From: an uncultured cyanobacterium
GTDB lineage: Bacteria; Cyanobacteriota; Cyanobacteriia; Cyanobacteriales; Nostocaceae
Direction: 5' to 3'
Assembly (NCBI GenBank): GCA_963740315.1
Contig: CAVUDP010000004.1
Span: 512,001 to 576,000 of the forward strand
Length of the DNA: 64,000 nucleotides
The position numbers were made by a program, and so were the translations under genes. The notes beneath the pieces were generated by a model, which saw only the letters and a program-made list of their open reading frames with translations, had not been told where the DNA came from and searched no databases. Below are positions 1 to 10,970 of the stretch, piece by piece (the first letter of the stretch is position 1; each line of letters begins with the position of its first letter).

Positions 1-1201
1 CTTCTCCTTTCAATTTCCAGGTAAGAATTCCTCCAAGTTGGTCGTTTAATTTGACTGCTGGGGGTTCTTCTTCTAAGTTTATACCAGGTCTTCCGGGACG
101 AGTTACTCCTGCCGAACTGACTAAAACGAATTGCGGTAAAGTTTGTCCTCCATAAGCTTTTATTGTTTCTACTTCTAAGGCAAAAGCACCTGGTGAAAAG
201 TTGGGATTCAATTCTCCGTCGTATTCAAATTTGCTCAACATAAGTTGAAAAGAACAAATTTTGTTAGATTCAATTCTCGGAGCATCATTTACAGTTTTGG
301 CACGAAAAACTGGTATTAATTCTGCAAACGGAACCTTTACGTTTATCCAAGTATCTGCTTCGGTATCAAAGGAATAACAATAGCCGATACCATCCCAATT
401 TGTTTCTGTACGCAAGATGAATTTATAGCGTTTTCCATCTCCTTTAACGCGAATTTCTACACCTTCGTAACCTGATAAGTTAAATGAAGGATCGAAGTTT
501 TTGGTTCTAACTGAAGCAAATCCGCCAGAGTTTTCGGTGGAAACGTTACCAAAAAATACAGCTTTACCCGAAGACAATTGAATGTTACTTTGGCTTACTC
601 CACCCATAACAACATCATCTACCGCACCCCAAACGTTTTTTACTTCTATGGATGGATTGCTAAAGTCAAATAATGTTTTTTCGTTTGATGGCGGTAAATT
701 TTTGCTAACTGCTTCTACTAAGTTTTTAACACCTTTATATTCAACGTTTTCTGGAGTATCGCCAACAATTTCAGGCATATAAAATTTAATGCCTTGATTG
801 TATTTTGCCCTATCAGGAGTGTCTCCTTCGACTGGCTGCACGCGCACCGCAGTACAGCAGATAACTGCTTGAATATTCGCTAATAATAAGGAATTTAAAG
901 TTTCTGGCTTGGTAATATCTGCAACTACTAAATCCGCTTTATCGTCAAGAATTGACCTAGCTTTTTCAACTGAGCGCACCAGACATCTTACTTTATAACC
1001 TTTTTCAATCAGTCGCCGCACGACTCGTTTACCAACCCCACCCGTTGCACCTGCTACTAGTACTACACCCACTTTTTTTGCTCCAATTAATTTATCTGGA
1101 TTATCCTTGGAACCACCTTTGACTAAATCCTGTACCCAGTTAAGTAATGGGATTACTTCAAAGAAGGTAAGAGTTTTAACGAATCTGTTTATATCCCACA
1201 T
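1..1201 (-). CDS. NAD(P)-binding Rossmann + CIA30 (complex I intermediate-associated protein 30) family protein; runs off the left edge of the window
   Basis: Manual translation from the ATG at 1201: MWDINRFVKTLTFFEVIP...VLVAGATGGVGKRVVRRL (GxxGxxG) ...VWGAVDDVVMGGVS... (CIA30-like). Absent from the ORF track because it has no stop within the window. Confidence 0.85.
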   Translation of the reverse strand, partial: MWDINRFVKTLTFFEVIPLLNWVQDLVKGGSKDNPDKLIGAKKVGVVLVAGATGGVGKRVVRRLIEKGYKVRCLVRSVEKARSILDDKADLVVADITKPETLNSLLLANIQAVICCTAVRVQPVEGDTPDRAKYNQGIKFYMPEIVGDTPENVEYKGVKNLVEAVSKNLPPSNEKTLFDFSNPSIEVKNVWGAVDDVVMGGVSQSNIQLSSGKAVFFGNVSTENSGGFASVRTKNFDPSFNLSGYEGVEIRVKGDGKRYKFILRTETNWDGIGYCYSFDTEADTWINVKVPFAELIPVFRAKTVNDAPRIESNKICSFQLMLSKFEYDGELNPNFSPGAFALEVETIKAYGGQTLPQFVLVSSAGVTRPGRPGINLEEEPPAVKLNDQLGGILTWKLKGE

Positions 1202-1523
1202 ATTTCAATTATCAATTCAAATTTGACGATCTATAATTAGGTTTTGGATTAAAACTACCCTCAGATTTTAATAAGTCTTCTCTAAAGCTAAAAAAACATT
1301 TCTCTTAATATTCTAAAACAAATACATCCGTTGTTAAAATATAAAATTTACTTATTCTCTCGTTTTTAATTTTAAAGGGGGAGTAGCGATCGCGCCAGTG
1401 ATACCGCACCATTTTCTGCTAATTGAGGAGATGTTTGGGCTTTATCTAGCTAGTCTGGGTATCTGTTCGTGATTTCCTAATTGTTCGAGAATCTCAGCCT
1501 AATTTACATCTAATTAATTAAAT

Positions 1524-2192
1524 TTATTTACTTTTAGGGGTTTTAGCCGTAATTCCTTTTTCAGCCTTTAAGGTGTAAACTCCAGGAGAACGTAGTACTT
1601 TAAACCATAAACCAGATTGAAAACCAAGAGATAAAGCTTTGGTAACACTTACCCTTGCAGTTTGATATTGTTTCTTTGTCAATTTATCGCCATACAAATC
1701 CCGGACAATGGCATTAATATGAAAATGCAAATCGGGTTGGCAACGCATTAAGATTAAAATGGCGTTTTTAATTGAATATCCTTGGTATTGAAGTAACATC
1801 GGCAAGCTTTCTGATTGCCTACCTCCCTTCATTTTTGGAATATCGGTAATTTCAAGTTCTTCAATCGGTTGTGGCTCGTTGTAATTGTCAATTTTTTCAA
1901 ATTTTTCTTCATCTAAATCAACATCTGAGTTAACTATATTATCAATATTGTCTTCATCCGATACGATATTGCGATCGCGTCTATCTTCTTCTAAATATGC
2001 CTGGGTTCTAGATTGAGGAAACTGTTGATATTGATAAGATTCTTTTTCTTGAGCATAACCCGACATTAAGTTATCTATAGCAGTAACTTGAGTGCGAATC
2101 GATTCCAAACGGCGCTCTATTCGTGCAGCTTCTAATATATAGCGTTCTCTTTCGGCTTCGAGTAAACTTATAATTTCGTTAAACTGAGTCAT
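1524..2192 (-). CDS. Hypothetical protein (N-terminal coiled coil, acidic linker, possible C-terminal winged-helix-like domain)
   Basis: ORF track 1524..2336. The ATG at 2192 (MTQFNEII) is the more plausible start because the upstream extension is low-complexity. Confidence 0.6.
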   Translation of the reverse strand: MTQFNEIISLLEAERERYILEAARIERRLESIRTQVTAIDNLMSGYAQEKESYQYQQFPQSRTQAYLEEDRRDRNIVSDEDNIDNIVNSDVDLDEEKFEKIDNYNEPQPIEELEITDIPKMKGGRQSESLPMLLQYQGYSIKNAILILMRCQPDLHFHINAIVRDLYGDKLTKKQYQTARVSVTKALSLGFQSGLWFKVLRSPGVYTLKAEKGITAKTPKSK

Positions 2193-2582
2193 AGTAATTG
2201 TAGTATTGGTTATAGAATGAAAAAAAAATTGGAAAGTAAAGAAGTTTTCCTCAAGGATCGTACAAAATTCCTTAAACAACGACTTTACCGCTTTATATGT
2301 AGATGCGATCGCTTGATTGTGAAAAATGTCGTTCACTTAAATCCAAATTAAAATAACCATGAATAAAAACTGTTTGGTTAGTACGTTCCATAAGTAACAA
2401 TTAATTAAGCTTTCTCAACTTGGATTCAACTAACGTTAACAAAGTAATCAAACTACAACTCCGAGCCAACCGTAAATCGATAATATTTTCTGGCGTTGTG
2501 GATTTATGTCAACCCCAAAGCTGCTAAAGTATAAGTGATATGAATCAGATATTGGTAAATCGTTAAATACATACAATATGCA

Positions 2583-2607
2583 TTGATAATTACCAGAGTA
2601 TTATCAA
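2583..2607. promoter_or_regulatory. Inverted repeat TTGATAAT-N9-ATTATCAA, a Fur-box-like operator upstream of the HugZ-like gene
   Basis: Perfect 8-bp arms containing GATAAT/ATTATC. The spacer is 2 nt longer than in the classical 19-bp Fur box. Confidence 0.3.
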
Positions 2608-2775
2608 ATGATTTGAAAGACCATAATTAAAAATATAATTATACATAGTTTTATATAATACGCATACAGTAATTTTTTCCGGAGGCAGTAATTTCAAAGT
2701 TATTCTCAGACGGTTGAGGCATCAAGTGGTTAGCTCCACTCAAAATTTTTTGTTAAACTATGGCAAGTTTATATT

Positions 2776-3267
2776 ATGAATAAGTTAGAAAAAGCTACGG
2801 CAGAATATCAGAAATTCACCCAAGAATTTCAAAGTATCATTATCAGCACGGTAAATAATGAAGGAATACCTAACGGTAGTTACACACCCTTCGTAATGGA
2901 CGAATCGAAAAATATTTATATTTACGTTAGCGGGCTTTCAACACACACGCAAAATTTAAACATTAACCCTCGCGTGAATGTTTTGTTTATTGAAGATGAA
3001 GCCAAAACCCCACAAATATTTGCTCGTCGCAGACTAAATTATGATTGTACCGCGACATTGATAGAACGCGAAACTGATGAATGGAAAAGCATTGTAGGTC
3101 AATTCCAAGAGCGTTTCGGCGAAATAATTGAAATGCTGCGCGGTTTAGCCGATTTTCGCATTTTTAAACTGACTCCCCACAGCGGTCGTTTCGTAATTGG
3201 ATTCGGAGCAGCATATGATATTAACGGTGATAATCTCGACAAACTCGTGCAAATCGGTAAACAGTGA
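2776..3267 (+). CDS. HugZ/HutZ-like pyridoxamine 5'-phosphate oxidase-fold (split barrel) heme-utilisation protein
   Basis: PNGSYTPF, YIYVSGLSTHTQNL, FARRRL, LADFRIFKLTP..GRFVIGFGAAY motifs. Confidence 0.8.
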   Translation: MNKLEKATAEYQKFTQEFQSIIISTVNNEGIPNGSYTPFVMDESKNIYIYVSGLSTHTQNLNINPRVNVLFIEDEAKTPQIFARRRLNYDCTATLIERETDEWKSIVGQFQERFGEIIEMLRGLADFRIFKLTPHSGRFVIGFGAAYDINGDNLDKLVQIGKQ

Positions 3268-3278
3268 ACGGTTATTGA

Positions 3279-3441
3279 GGTTAAAGGTTAAAGGTTAAAG
3301 GTCAAAGGTTAAAGGTCAAAGGTTAAAGGTTAAAGGTTAAAATTTAATAACTCCTAACTCCTAACTCCTAACTCATAACTCATAACTCCTAACCCCTTGT
3401 CCCCCCATCCCCCCATCCCCCCATCTCCCCATCCCCCTATC
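3279..3441 (+). repeat. STRR-type heptamer tandem repeats (GGTTAAA)n, (TAACTCC/A)n, (CCCCATC)n
   Basis: Directly visible tandem 7-mers in the intergenic region. Confidence 0.9.
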
Positions 3442-3443
3442 TT

Positions 3444-4340
3444 ATGCTTCAGTTTCAACCTCCTGGCTTTGGGCATAAAATTATTCAAACATCTCTTGGA
3501 GCAATGGTTTATTACACCCAAACTGCTGCGCCTTGGGATATTGCTGAAATTGAGAATTTACCACAAGTAGTTTTTCTACATAACTTTGGTGGTGGTGCGT
3601 CTGCTTATGAATGGTCAAAAGTGTATTCTGCTTTTGCTGCGACTCACCGCATTTTTGCTCCAGATTTAATCGGTTGGGGTGAATCTTTTCATCCGGTGCG
3701 GGATTATCAAATTAATGATTACATCACTACGATCGCAGAATTTATTAAACAAAGTTGTCGAGAACCTGTAACGGTTGTAGCATCTTCTCTTACTGCTGCT
3801 TTGACTATTCGTTTGGCGATTCAACAACCACAATTATTTAAAACGTTATTTTTATCATGTCCTTCTGGATTCGATGATTTTGGACAAGGTAGCGGACGTA
3901 GACTTCCTTTAGAAATTATCAATACGCCGTTTATAGATAATTTAATTTATAAATTAGGTGCAGAAAATGAAATTGCAGTCAGAAATTTTTTACAAAGTTT
4001 TCTATTTGCAAAACCTACACGAATATCATCAGAAATTGTACAGGCTTATTTAGCTTCCGCACAGCAACCTGACGCGAAATTTGCAGCTTTATCGTTTTTG
4101 CGCGGTGATTTATATTTTGACTTGAGTTTATATATTAGGCAACTCACCGTACCAACGGCGATGATTTGGGGTGAAAAAGCGCAATTTATTAACGTTAAGC
4201 TAGGAAAACGTTTGGCAGATTTAAACAAAAACGCAATTCGAGATTTTCATGTTATACCCGATACCGGCGTTTTGCCACATTTGGAAACTCCTGAAATTAC
4301 CATTGGGTTGTTACAGCAGCATTTAATTATTGATAACTGA
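3444..4340 (+). CDS. Alpha/beta-fold hydrolase family protein
   Basis: FLHNFGGG, APDLIGWGES, VVASSL nucleophile elbow, WGEKA, GVLPHLE. Confidence 0.85.
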   Translation: MLQFQPPGFGHKIIQTSLGAMVYYTQTAAPWDIAEIENLPQVVFLHNFGGGASAYEWSKVYSAFAATHRIFAPDLIGWGESFHPVRDYQINDYITTIAEFIKQSCREPVTVVASSLTAALTIRLAIQQPQLFKTLFLSCPSGFDDFGQGSGRRLPLEIINTPFIDNLIYKLGAENEIAVRNFLQSFLFAKPTRISSEIVQAYLASAQQPDAKFAALSFLRGDLYFDLSLYIRQLTVPTAMIWGEKAQFINVKLGKRLADLNKNAIRDFHVIPDTGVLPHLETPEITIGLLQQHLIIDN

Positions 4341-4365
4341 TAATTGTTGAAATTTTGCAAACATT

Positions 4366-4374
4366 GGGAATAAT
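4366..4374 (+). promoter_or_regulatory. SigJ-type -10 motif (J-box-like) GGGAATAAT
   Basis: Ends 47 nt before the kinase ATG; 8/9 match to GGGAATACT. Confidence 0.5.
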
Positions 4375-4421
4375 AGTAAAAAGGTTAGACAAGTAGCAAT
4401 TATCAAGTTGATAAGTAATCG

Positions 4422-6971
4422 ATGACTCTGCCAATGAATTCTCAAGTACCAGCAGATAATGAGAATTGCCCCTCTCAAGGTTTTCTGCTTGAAATAATCA
4501 ACAGTATATCTGACCCTATTTTTGTTAAAGATCGTCAACATCAATGGGTATTTCTCAATCATGCTTACTGTAAGTTTATCGGGTATGCGCCAGAAGAATT
4601 GATTGGTAAGTCGGATTACGATTTCTTCTCTAGCGAAGAAGCCGCTATTTTTTGGGAAAAAGACGAATTAATCTTTACTTCGGGTGTCAGCAGTAACGAT
4701 AGGGAATACTTTACTGATGCTAAAGGCGAAGTTTATGTTGTTTCGACTAAAAAATCTTTATTTAATGATAATTCGGGTAATCAATTTTTAGTTGGTACTA
4801 TTCAAGAAATTACGGCTTGTGAGAATAAAGATCCAGATAAATTTCAAAAGCTATGTGCAAATGTACCGGGAATGCTTTACCAATTAAAAATGCATCCCGA
4901 CGGTTCGACATCTTTTCCTTATGTAAGTTCTGGTAGTTACGAACTTTTAGGAATAAAAGCAGAAACCATTGAAGCCGAATCGAGTTTGTTAATTTCGATG
5001 ATTCATTCGGAAGACTATAAAACTTTTAAAAAATCGCTTACTAATTCAGCGGAAACTTTTGAACCATTTTATTGGGAAGGACGTTTAGTTTCATCGGGGA
5101 AAAATCAATGGGTGAAAATTGTATCTCGTCCAGAAAAGCAACCTGATGATTCAATTATTTGGGATGGTTTTATTACAGATATTACTCATCTAAAAAAAAC
5201 AGAAAAAGCATTACGAGTAGCTTATAGAGAAATGGAATCTTTAGTTATAGAGAGAACTAAAGAATTAGGGCGAGCCAATAAAGCGTTAAAAGCTGAAATT
5301 GAAGAACGCAAACAAGTAGAAAAAGCTTTATTACGTAGTAATGCAATGTTACAAGCTCAACAAGAAGCTGCGATCGACGGTATTTTAGTAGTTGATGAAA
5401 ATCAAGATATATTATCATGCAATCAGCGTTTTGTAGAGTTATGGCAAATTCCTCAATCGGTAATTGAAACCGGAGATGAAAAGCAATTTTTAGCATCGAT
5501 GGTAGATAAATTTACGAATTTAGGAGAATTTATTAATGAAGTAGAAAATTTATACAATGATGTAGAAAAGTCTATTCGCGATGAAATCGATTTAGGAGAT
5601 GGACGCACATTTGAACGTTACTGTGCGCCTGTAACGTTTACTGGAGAATATTACGGTAGGGTTTGGTATTTTCGAGATATTACCAATCGCAAGCGAGCAG
5701 AAAAAACATTGCTTCGGACTAATTTAGTTTTAAAAGCGCAACAAGAAGCTTCTATTGACGGTATTTTAGTTGTTGATGAATATCGCGAATCAATCTCATA
5801 CAATCAGCGTTTTATTGAGTTATGGCAAATTCCGCAGTCTGTTATTGAAACCGGACACGAACCAGTTTTCGCTTCGATGCTAGAAAAATTAGAAAATCCA
5901 GAAGAATTTGTAGCTACTTTAGAATATCTTTTTGAACATCCAGATGAAAGTTGCCGTAATGAGATTTGTTTAAAGGATGGAAAAACTTTTGAGCGCTATA
6001 TTGCTTCAATATGTTCTTTGGCTGGAGATAACTACGGCAAGATTTTCTATTTTCGAGATATTAGCGATCGCAAACAAGCGGAAGCAAAGTTACGTCAGCA
6101 AACTCAAGAGTTAGAAAACACTCTTTTACAATTGCAACGCACTCAAGTTCAGCTAATTCAGAGCGAAAAAATGTCCAGTTTAGGACAATTAGTAGCGGGT
6201 ATCGCTCATGAAATTAATAACCCAGTCAATTTTATTACCGCTAACTTGATATACACTGAAGAATATTTTAAAGAGTTATTAGAATTAATCCAACTTTATC
6301 AAAACAACTATCCAGATAATACACAAATAGAAGAATTTCTTGAAGAAATTGAATTTGATTATCTCCAGTCAGACTTACCAAATATCATTAACTCAATGAA
6401 AACGGGAGCCGAACGGATTCAGAAAATTGTCCTTTCTTTAAGAACTTTCTCGCGTTTAGATGAAGCGGAATTCAAGAAAATTGATATCCATGAAAGTCTT
6501 GACAGCACTTTAATGATTTTACAAAATAATCTTGAATCAAAATCGCATCGAGCGGCAATTGAGGTGATAAAAAAATATGATGATTTACCCTTAGTTGAGT
6601 GCTACGCTGGAAAACTCAATCAAGTATTTATGAATATTTTGAATAATGCAATTGATGCTTTAGAAGAAGCAATTGAAAATAAACAAATTCCCGAAGGCGA
6701 CTCTCCTAAAATTCATATATTTACTCAATTAGTACGGGAAAATATCATCCAAATTAGCATAATTGATAATGGTTCGGGTATTCCAGAGGAAAATATTTCT
6801 AAGTTATTCGACCCATTTTTTACCACTAAACCTGTAGGTAAAGGTACTGGCTTGGGATTATCTATGAGCTATCAGATAATAGTTGAGCAGCATCAGGGAC
6901 AATTAAACTGTATTTCAACTTTGGGGGAAGGTACGGAATTTCAGATTCAAATACCTGTTAGCTGTAAGTAG
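4422..6971 (+). CDS. Multi-PAS sensor histidine kinase (soluble)
   Basis: Four PAS-like segments, H-box [11 protein letters not shown]-box [32 protein letters not shown]. Confidence 0.92.
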   Translation: MTLPMNSQVPADNENCPSQGFLLEIINSISDPIFVKDRQHQWVFLNHAYCKFIGYAPEELIGKSDYDFFSSEEAAIFWEKDELIFTSGVSSNDREYFTDAKGEVYVVSTKKSLFNDNSGNQFLVGTIQEITACENKDPDKFQKLCANVPGMLYQLKMHPDGSTSFPYVSSGSYELLGIKAETIEAESSLLISMIHSEDYKTFKKSLTNSAETFEPFYWEGRLVSSGKNQWVKIVSRPEKQPDDSIIWDGFITDITHLKKTEKALRVAYREMESLVIERTKELGRANKALKAEIEERKQVEKALLRSNAMLQAQQEAAIDGILVVDENQDILSCNQRFVELWQIPQSVIETGDEKQFLASMVDKFTNLGEFINEVENLYNDVEKSIRDEIDLGDGRTFERYCAPVTFTGEYYGRVWYFRDITNRKRAEKTLLRTNLVLKAQQEASIDGILVVDEYRESISYNQRFIELWQIPQSVIETGHEPVFASMLEKLENPEEFVATLEYLFEHPDESCRNEICLKDGKTFERYIASICSLAGDNYGKIFYFRDISDRKQAEAKLRQQTQELENTLLQLQRTQVQLIQSEKMSSLGQLVAGIAHEINNPVNFITANLIYTEEYFKELLELIQLYQNNYPDNTQIEEFLEEIEFDYLQSDLPNIINSMKTGAERIQKIVLSLRTFSRLDEAEFKKIDIHESLDSTLMILQNNLESKSHRAAIEVIKKYDDLPLVECYAGKLNQVFMNILNNAIDALEEAIENKQIPEGDSPKIHIFTQLVRENIIQISIIDNGSGIPEENISKLFDPFFTTKPVGKGTGLGLSMSYQIIVEQHQGQLNCISTLGEGTEFQIQIPVSCK

Positions 6972-7063
6972 AAATACAGTTATGTAATGTTGACTACTAT
7001 TGTAAGTTTCTAAGATATTTTTTGTAAGAGACTTTTATGATTGTTCATTTATAAACCTAATTT

Positions 7064-7072
7064 GGGAACACT
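7064..7072 (+). promoter_or_regulatory. SigJ-type -10 motif (J-box-like) GGGAACACT
   Basis: Ends 38 nt before the kinase ATG; context TTTGGGAACACTAA. Confidence 0.55.
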
Positions 7073-7110
7073 AAGTATTGAGTCAGTAACTTGTTCCCCT
7101 AAATTAACTT

Positions 7111-9204
7111 ATGCTACCGGCAGAATTTAAGTCTTTACAACACCTTAACGAAAATAAAGTCAATTCGTTACCTATGTATCAATTGGCGATCGACAATTTA
7201 CCAGAATTGATTTATTGGAAAAATAATAATTTAGTATTTCAAGGTTGTAATTTAGCTTTTGCTAAAGCCGTAGGGTTAACCTTCCCTCAACAGATTATCG
7301 GTAAAACAGATGACGAATTACCTTTTCAACATCAAATATTGAGCTTTTTAGCAAATAGCGATCGCACTGGTAACTTTGTGAGCGATCGCCATGTAATTGA
7401 AAACAATATCAGTTTTGAGCATACCTTTTTTTCACAGGTTTCAGGCGAGCAAGTCTGGTTAGATATCCGTAAAAATCCTTTAATTAATGATGACGGCGAA
7501 GTTGCTGGTATGCTTTGTCGCATTGAAGATATTACAAAACGTAAATTACAAGAAGCACAATTAATAGAGTCTGGGCAGCGACATTTGGCATTAATGGTTC
7601 AACAAACGCCGTTAGCAGTGATTGAATGGAATCGTAATTTTGAAATCAAAGAGTGGAATCAAGCCGCAGAAAGAATTTTTGGATACAGTAAAAGCGAAGT
7701 TTTAGGTCGTAATTTTGGTTTTTTAGTTACAGATGATTTTAAAATTTGCTTGAAAGAAATGCTGCATGATTTCGTAAGTCAAAAACGAAGGATGCTCAGT
7801 ACAAATGAAAATTTAACTAAAGATGGTAGAAAAATAGTTTGCGAATGGTATAACTATCCTTTAATAGCTGCGAATGGTGAAGTAGTCGGTATTGCTTCGA
7901 TGGCATTGGATATTACCGAACGCAGACAAGCACAAATAGCATTACAAAAGTCTTTAAAAGAATCCGCTGATATTAAGTTTGCTTTAAACCAATCCGCGAT
8001 TGTAGCAATTACCAACGTGCTAGGAACCATTGAATACGTTAACGATAATTTTTGCGAAATCTCTAAATATAACCGCGAAGAATTAATCAGTAAAAACCAT
8101 CGGATCGTTAACTCCGGTTATCATCCCAAATCCTTTTTTACCCAGATGTGGGAAACAATCAGTAGTGGTAAAGTTTGGCGAGGAGAAATTCAAAATCGTG
8201 CTAAAGATGGAAGCCTTTACTGGGTAGACACAACAATTGTGCCAATACTAGATGCACAAGCTAAACCCCAGCAATATATCGCCATTCGTAACGATATTAC
8301 CGCTCGCAAACAAGCTGAAACCGAAGTAAATCAAAAGGCGCAACATTTAGAAAATACACTTAGCGAATTACAACGCGCTCAAACACAGCTAGTGCAAAGC
8401 GAAAAAATGTCCGGTTTAGGACAATTAGTAGCAGGTGTAGCTCATGAAATTAATAACCCCGTAAACTTTATTTATGGAAATTTGAACCACGCCAATAACT
8501 ACGCTCAAGACTTATTAGAAATAATCGAAACTTATCGCCGAAATTATCCTCAACCCACAGCGGAAATAGAGGAATTAACAGAACAATTAGACTTAGAGTT
8601 TTTAGTAGAAGATTTACCCAAGCTTTTAGGTTCGATGAAAGTAGGAGCGCAAAGAATTCGGGAAATAGTAGCTTCCTTGCGTAACTTTTCCCGCATGGAT
8701 GAAGCCCAAATGAAAGCAGTTGATATCCACGAAGGAATCGACAGCACTTTGATGATTTTAGAACATCGTATTAAAGCCAAATCCGACCGTCCCAGAATTG
8801 AAATTATCAAAGATTATAGTAAATTTCCCAAAATAGAATGTTATCCCGGTCAATTAAATCAAGTATTTATGAATATTTTGGCGAATGCCCTCGATGCATT
8901 AGAAGAGGGAATAGGCGATAATAATTCTCCTACTATTTGTATAAAAACGGAATTAGTAGGATGCAAGCAAGTAAAAATTTCTATCTCCGATAACGGAAAA
9001 GGAATTCCCGAAAAGGTAAAAATGCGAATGTTTGACCCATTTTTTACAACGAAACCAGTAGGTAAAGGAACTGGAATGGGATTATCAATTAGTTACCAAA
9101 TAATTACAGAAAAACATTGTGGATCTTTAGATTGTATTTCCGCATCCGGAGAAGGAAGTGAGTTTATTATTACTATTCCGACAAAGCAGTGTAAATGTAA
9201 ATAA
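7111..9204 (+). CDS. Multi-PAS sensor histidine kinase (soluble)
   Basis: Three PAS/PAC units, H-box AGVAHEINNP, complete HATPase boxes. Confidence 0.92.
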   Translation: MLPAEFKSLQHLNENKVNSLPMYQLAIDNLPELIYWKNNNLVFQGCNLAFAKAVGLTFPQQIIGKTDDELPFQHQILSFLANSDRTGNFVSDRHVIENNISFEHTFFSQVSGEQVWLDIRKNPLINDDGEVAGMLCRIEDITKRKLQEAQLIESGQRHLALMVQQTPLAVIEWNRNFEIKEWNQAAERIFGYSKSEVLGRNFGFLVTDDFKICLKEMLHDFVSQKRRMLSTNENLTKDGRKIVCEWYNYPLIAANGEVVGIASMALDITERRQAQIALQKSLKESADIKFALNQSAIVAITNVLGTIEYVNDNFCEISKYNREELISKNHRIVNSGYHPKSFFTQMWETISSGKVWRGEIQNRAKDGSLYWVDTTIVPILDAQAKPQQYIAIRNDITARKQAETEVNQKAQHLENTLSELQRAQTQLVQSEKMSGLGQLVAGVAHEINNPVNFIYGNLNHANNYAQDLLEIIETYRRNYPQPTAEIEELTEQLDLEFLVEDLPKLLGSMKVGAQRIREIVASLRNFSRMDEAQMKAVDIHEGIDSTLMILEHRIKAKSDRPRIEIIKDYSKFPKIECYPGQLNQVFMNILANALDALEEGIGDNNSPTICIKTELVGCKQVKISISDNGKGIPEKVKMRMFDPFFTTKPVGKGTGMGLSISYQIITEKHCGSLDCISASGEGSEFIITIPTKQCKCK

Positions 9205-9221
9205 TTGGGCATAGTTAATTA

Positions 9222-9293
9222 GTAGGTTGGGTTAGACAGGAAAACCATATTTGATTAGTTACGAACTATTTAGTTATCCTGTCGTAACCCAAC
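9222..9293. repeat. GTAG-initiated REP-like imperfect inverted repeat
   Basis: GTAG-GTTGGGTTAGACAGGA ... TCCTGTCGTAACCCAAC between convergent genes. Confidence 0.7.
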
Positions 9294-9325
9294 ATCGAAA
9301 TTGTGGACTACATTTATTGATAAAT

Positions 9326-10759
9326 CTAAATACTATAACCATCCGAAAAACTCAGATTTGGTTGCTCGTTAGCATATGATAAAGGGTTTTCATTCCATGA
9401 AACTTGTGGTTTTTCGCAAACAATAATAGTTTTATCAAAAGGAATAACGCACCAAATTTCTCGGCAATATGAAATATATAAGTTAAGCTTTTGTTCGTTG
9501 AATTTAACTCCTATAAAACGAGCAAATTCAAACAGTGCTGCTGAAGCTACAAATTCATTGTTGTTCAAAATATACTCGTAGTTGAAATATAGTAAAATAA
9601 AATCTTTGTCTAAAGCATCTCTTAAATCGTACCTTAATGCAGAATATAGAAACTTTGTAATACTTTCTAAGTTGGAATTTATATCTTGGTTAAATATTCT
9701 TTTAATACTGCTTTCCAAATCACCTTCTATAAAATTATTTAAAACTTCATTTAGTTCAGATTTTAATAATCTCAGAGCAGTTGTAATTACTGGTTTTGTT
9801 AGAGCATAATCAAAAGGAAGCAATAGAAAATCCCAGTACAGAGATTTTAATTTTTCTGCCAGATATTTATTCTCGCTTTGTTTCAAAAAGTGCGATCGCT
9901 CAAAAAATCCTAGATGTGCTGTGTAGAAACTAGGTACAAAAATAATTTCTGGTATTTCCTCTTCTGCATACCTATATAATTCTTGAATAGCTTTAGTTGC
10001 TTCTTTTTTATTTATAGGTGTATTGATTAAATTTAACCACCGTTGTTTAGTTTCAAAAAGTTCTGTTTCCTGTTCTAGAGTTAAACAATATATACTTTTC
10101 TCCGCACATCTATATCTGTAATGGATAAAATCAGCTTTCTGATGATTAAAATGAATGGAAATATAGTGTTGATTATGATGTTGTAAACCATAACAAGCCT
10201 GTTCGGTAAAATCTGCAATTTCTGCAATTGAATCGGCAAGGTTATTATATCTTTTACGGTTCTTAAAAAGCTCATTTTGATTATTTATGCTATTGAAACT
10301 TTTCTGATTACCCTGCTTATTTTTAAATTCTTTATCAAAATCAAAATATTCGTAAAAATCATCATCGTATAATACGATTACAGGACATCCATCTATTCCC
10401 AGAGGAATTGCAAAGAATTCTCCTCCAAATTCTCCTGAAAACCAGAAAATAATTAAAAAATATAAATTTTCTCCCTTCGATTGCAATTTTTGGATATTTT
10501 GAATAGTCGTTTCAAGAAGGTCAAAATTTACTGTCAAGCAATTATAGAAACCAGGATATTCAAGACAAATATCATCTGATAAACCATTTCGCCATTGATA
10601 AAGTTCGTAAACTTCTTGAGGTAATTTAAAGGGTAAATCTTTGGTTAGCTCATCAATTTCTTCAGACTTTAAACCGGGTTTAAGTAAATTTTTAACTTCT
10701 GGTGCTTTTTGTTCTATACAATCCCAGATTCGCTTTAAATTATTTTGGATTGCTGTCAT
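9326..10759 (-). CDS. SMI1/KNR4 (SUKH)-like N-terminal domain fused to a DUF6745-like C-terminal domain
   Basis: N-terminus LKPGLKSEEI..LPFKLPQEVYELYQWRNG. C-terminal half LTLEQETEL..QRWL..INKKEATKAIQELY..PEIIFVPS and WCVIPFDKTIIVCEKP..PNLSFSDGYSI. Confidence 0.65.
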   Translation of the reverse strand: MTAIQNNLKRIWDCIEQKAPEVKNLLKPGLKSEEIDELTKDLPFKLPQEVYELYQWRNGLSDDICLEYPGFYNCLTVNFDLLETTIQNIQKLQSKGENLYFLIIFWFSGEFGGEFFAIPLGIDGCPVIVLYDDDFYEYFDFDKEFKNKQGNQKSFNSINNQNELFKNRKRYNNLADSIAEIADFTEQACYGLQHHNQHYISIHFNHQKADFIHYRYRCAEKSIYCLTLEQETELFETKQRWLNLINTPINKKEATKAIQELYRYAEEEIPEIIFVPSFYTAHLGFFERSHFLKQSENKYLAEKLKSLYWDFLLLPFDYALTKPVITTALRLLKSELNEVLNNFIEGDLESSIKRIFNQDINSNLESITKFLYSALRYDLRDALDKDFILLYFNYEYILNNNEFVASAALFEFARFIGVKFNEQKLNLYISYCREIWCVIPFDKTIIVCEKPQVSWNENPLSYANEQPNLSFSDGYSI

Positions 10760-10915
10760 AGTAATAATTTGGATGACGCAAAATTAAACATCTTTCTTTT
10801 AATATTTACATAGAAAATTTGGAATACAAATTAGTCTTGTGGGATGGGCTTCCAGCCCGTCTTTTATGTCAACAACCTGCTTTGTATTTAACTTTATCAA
10901 GAACTTCTATATTTC

Positions 10916-10948
10916 GGTGCGTTAGGCTGAAGCCGTAACACACCCTAC
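10916..10948 (-). repeat. GTAG REP-like hairpin (GTAGGGTGTGTTACGGC...GCCTAACGCACC family)
   Basis: Related copies at 22225-22292 and 42961-43088. Confidence 0.75.
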
Positions 10949-10970
10949 CAACTGCTTACTGCTCACCGAT

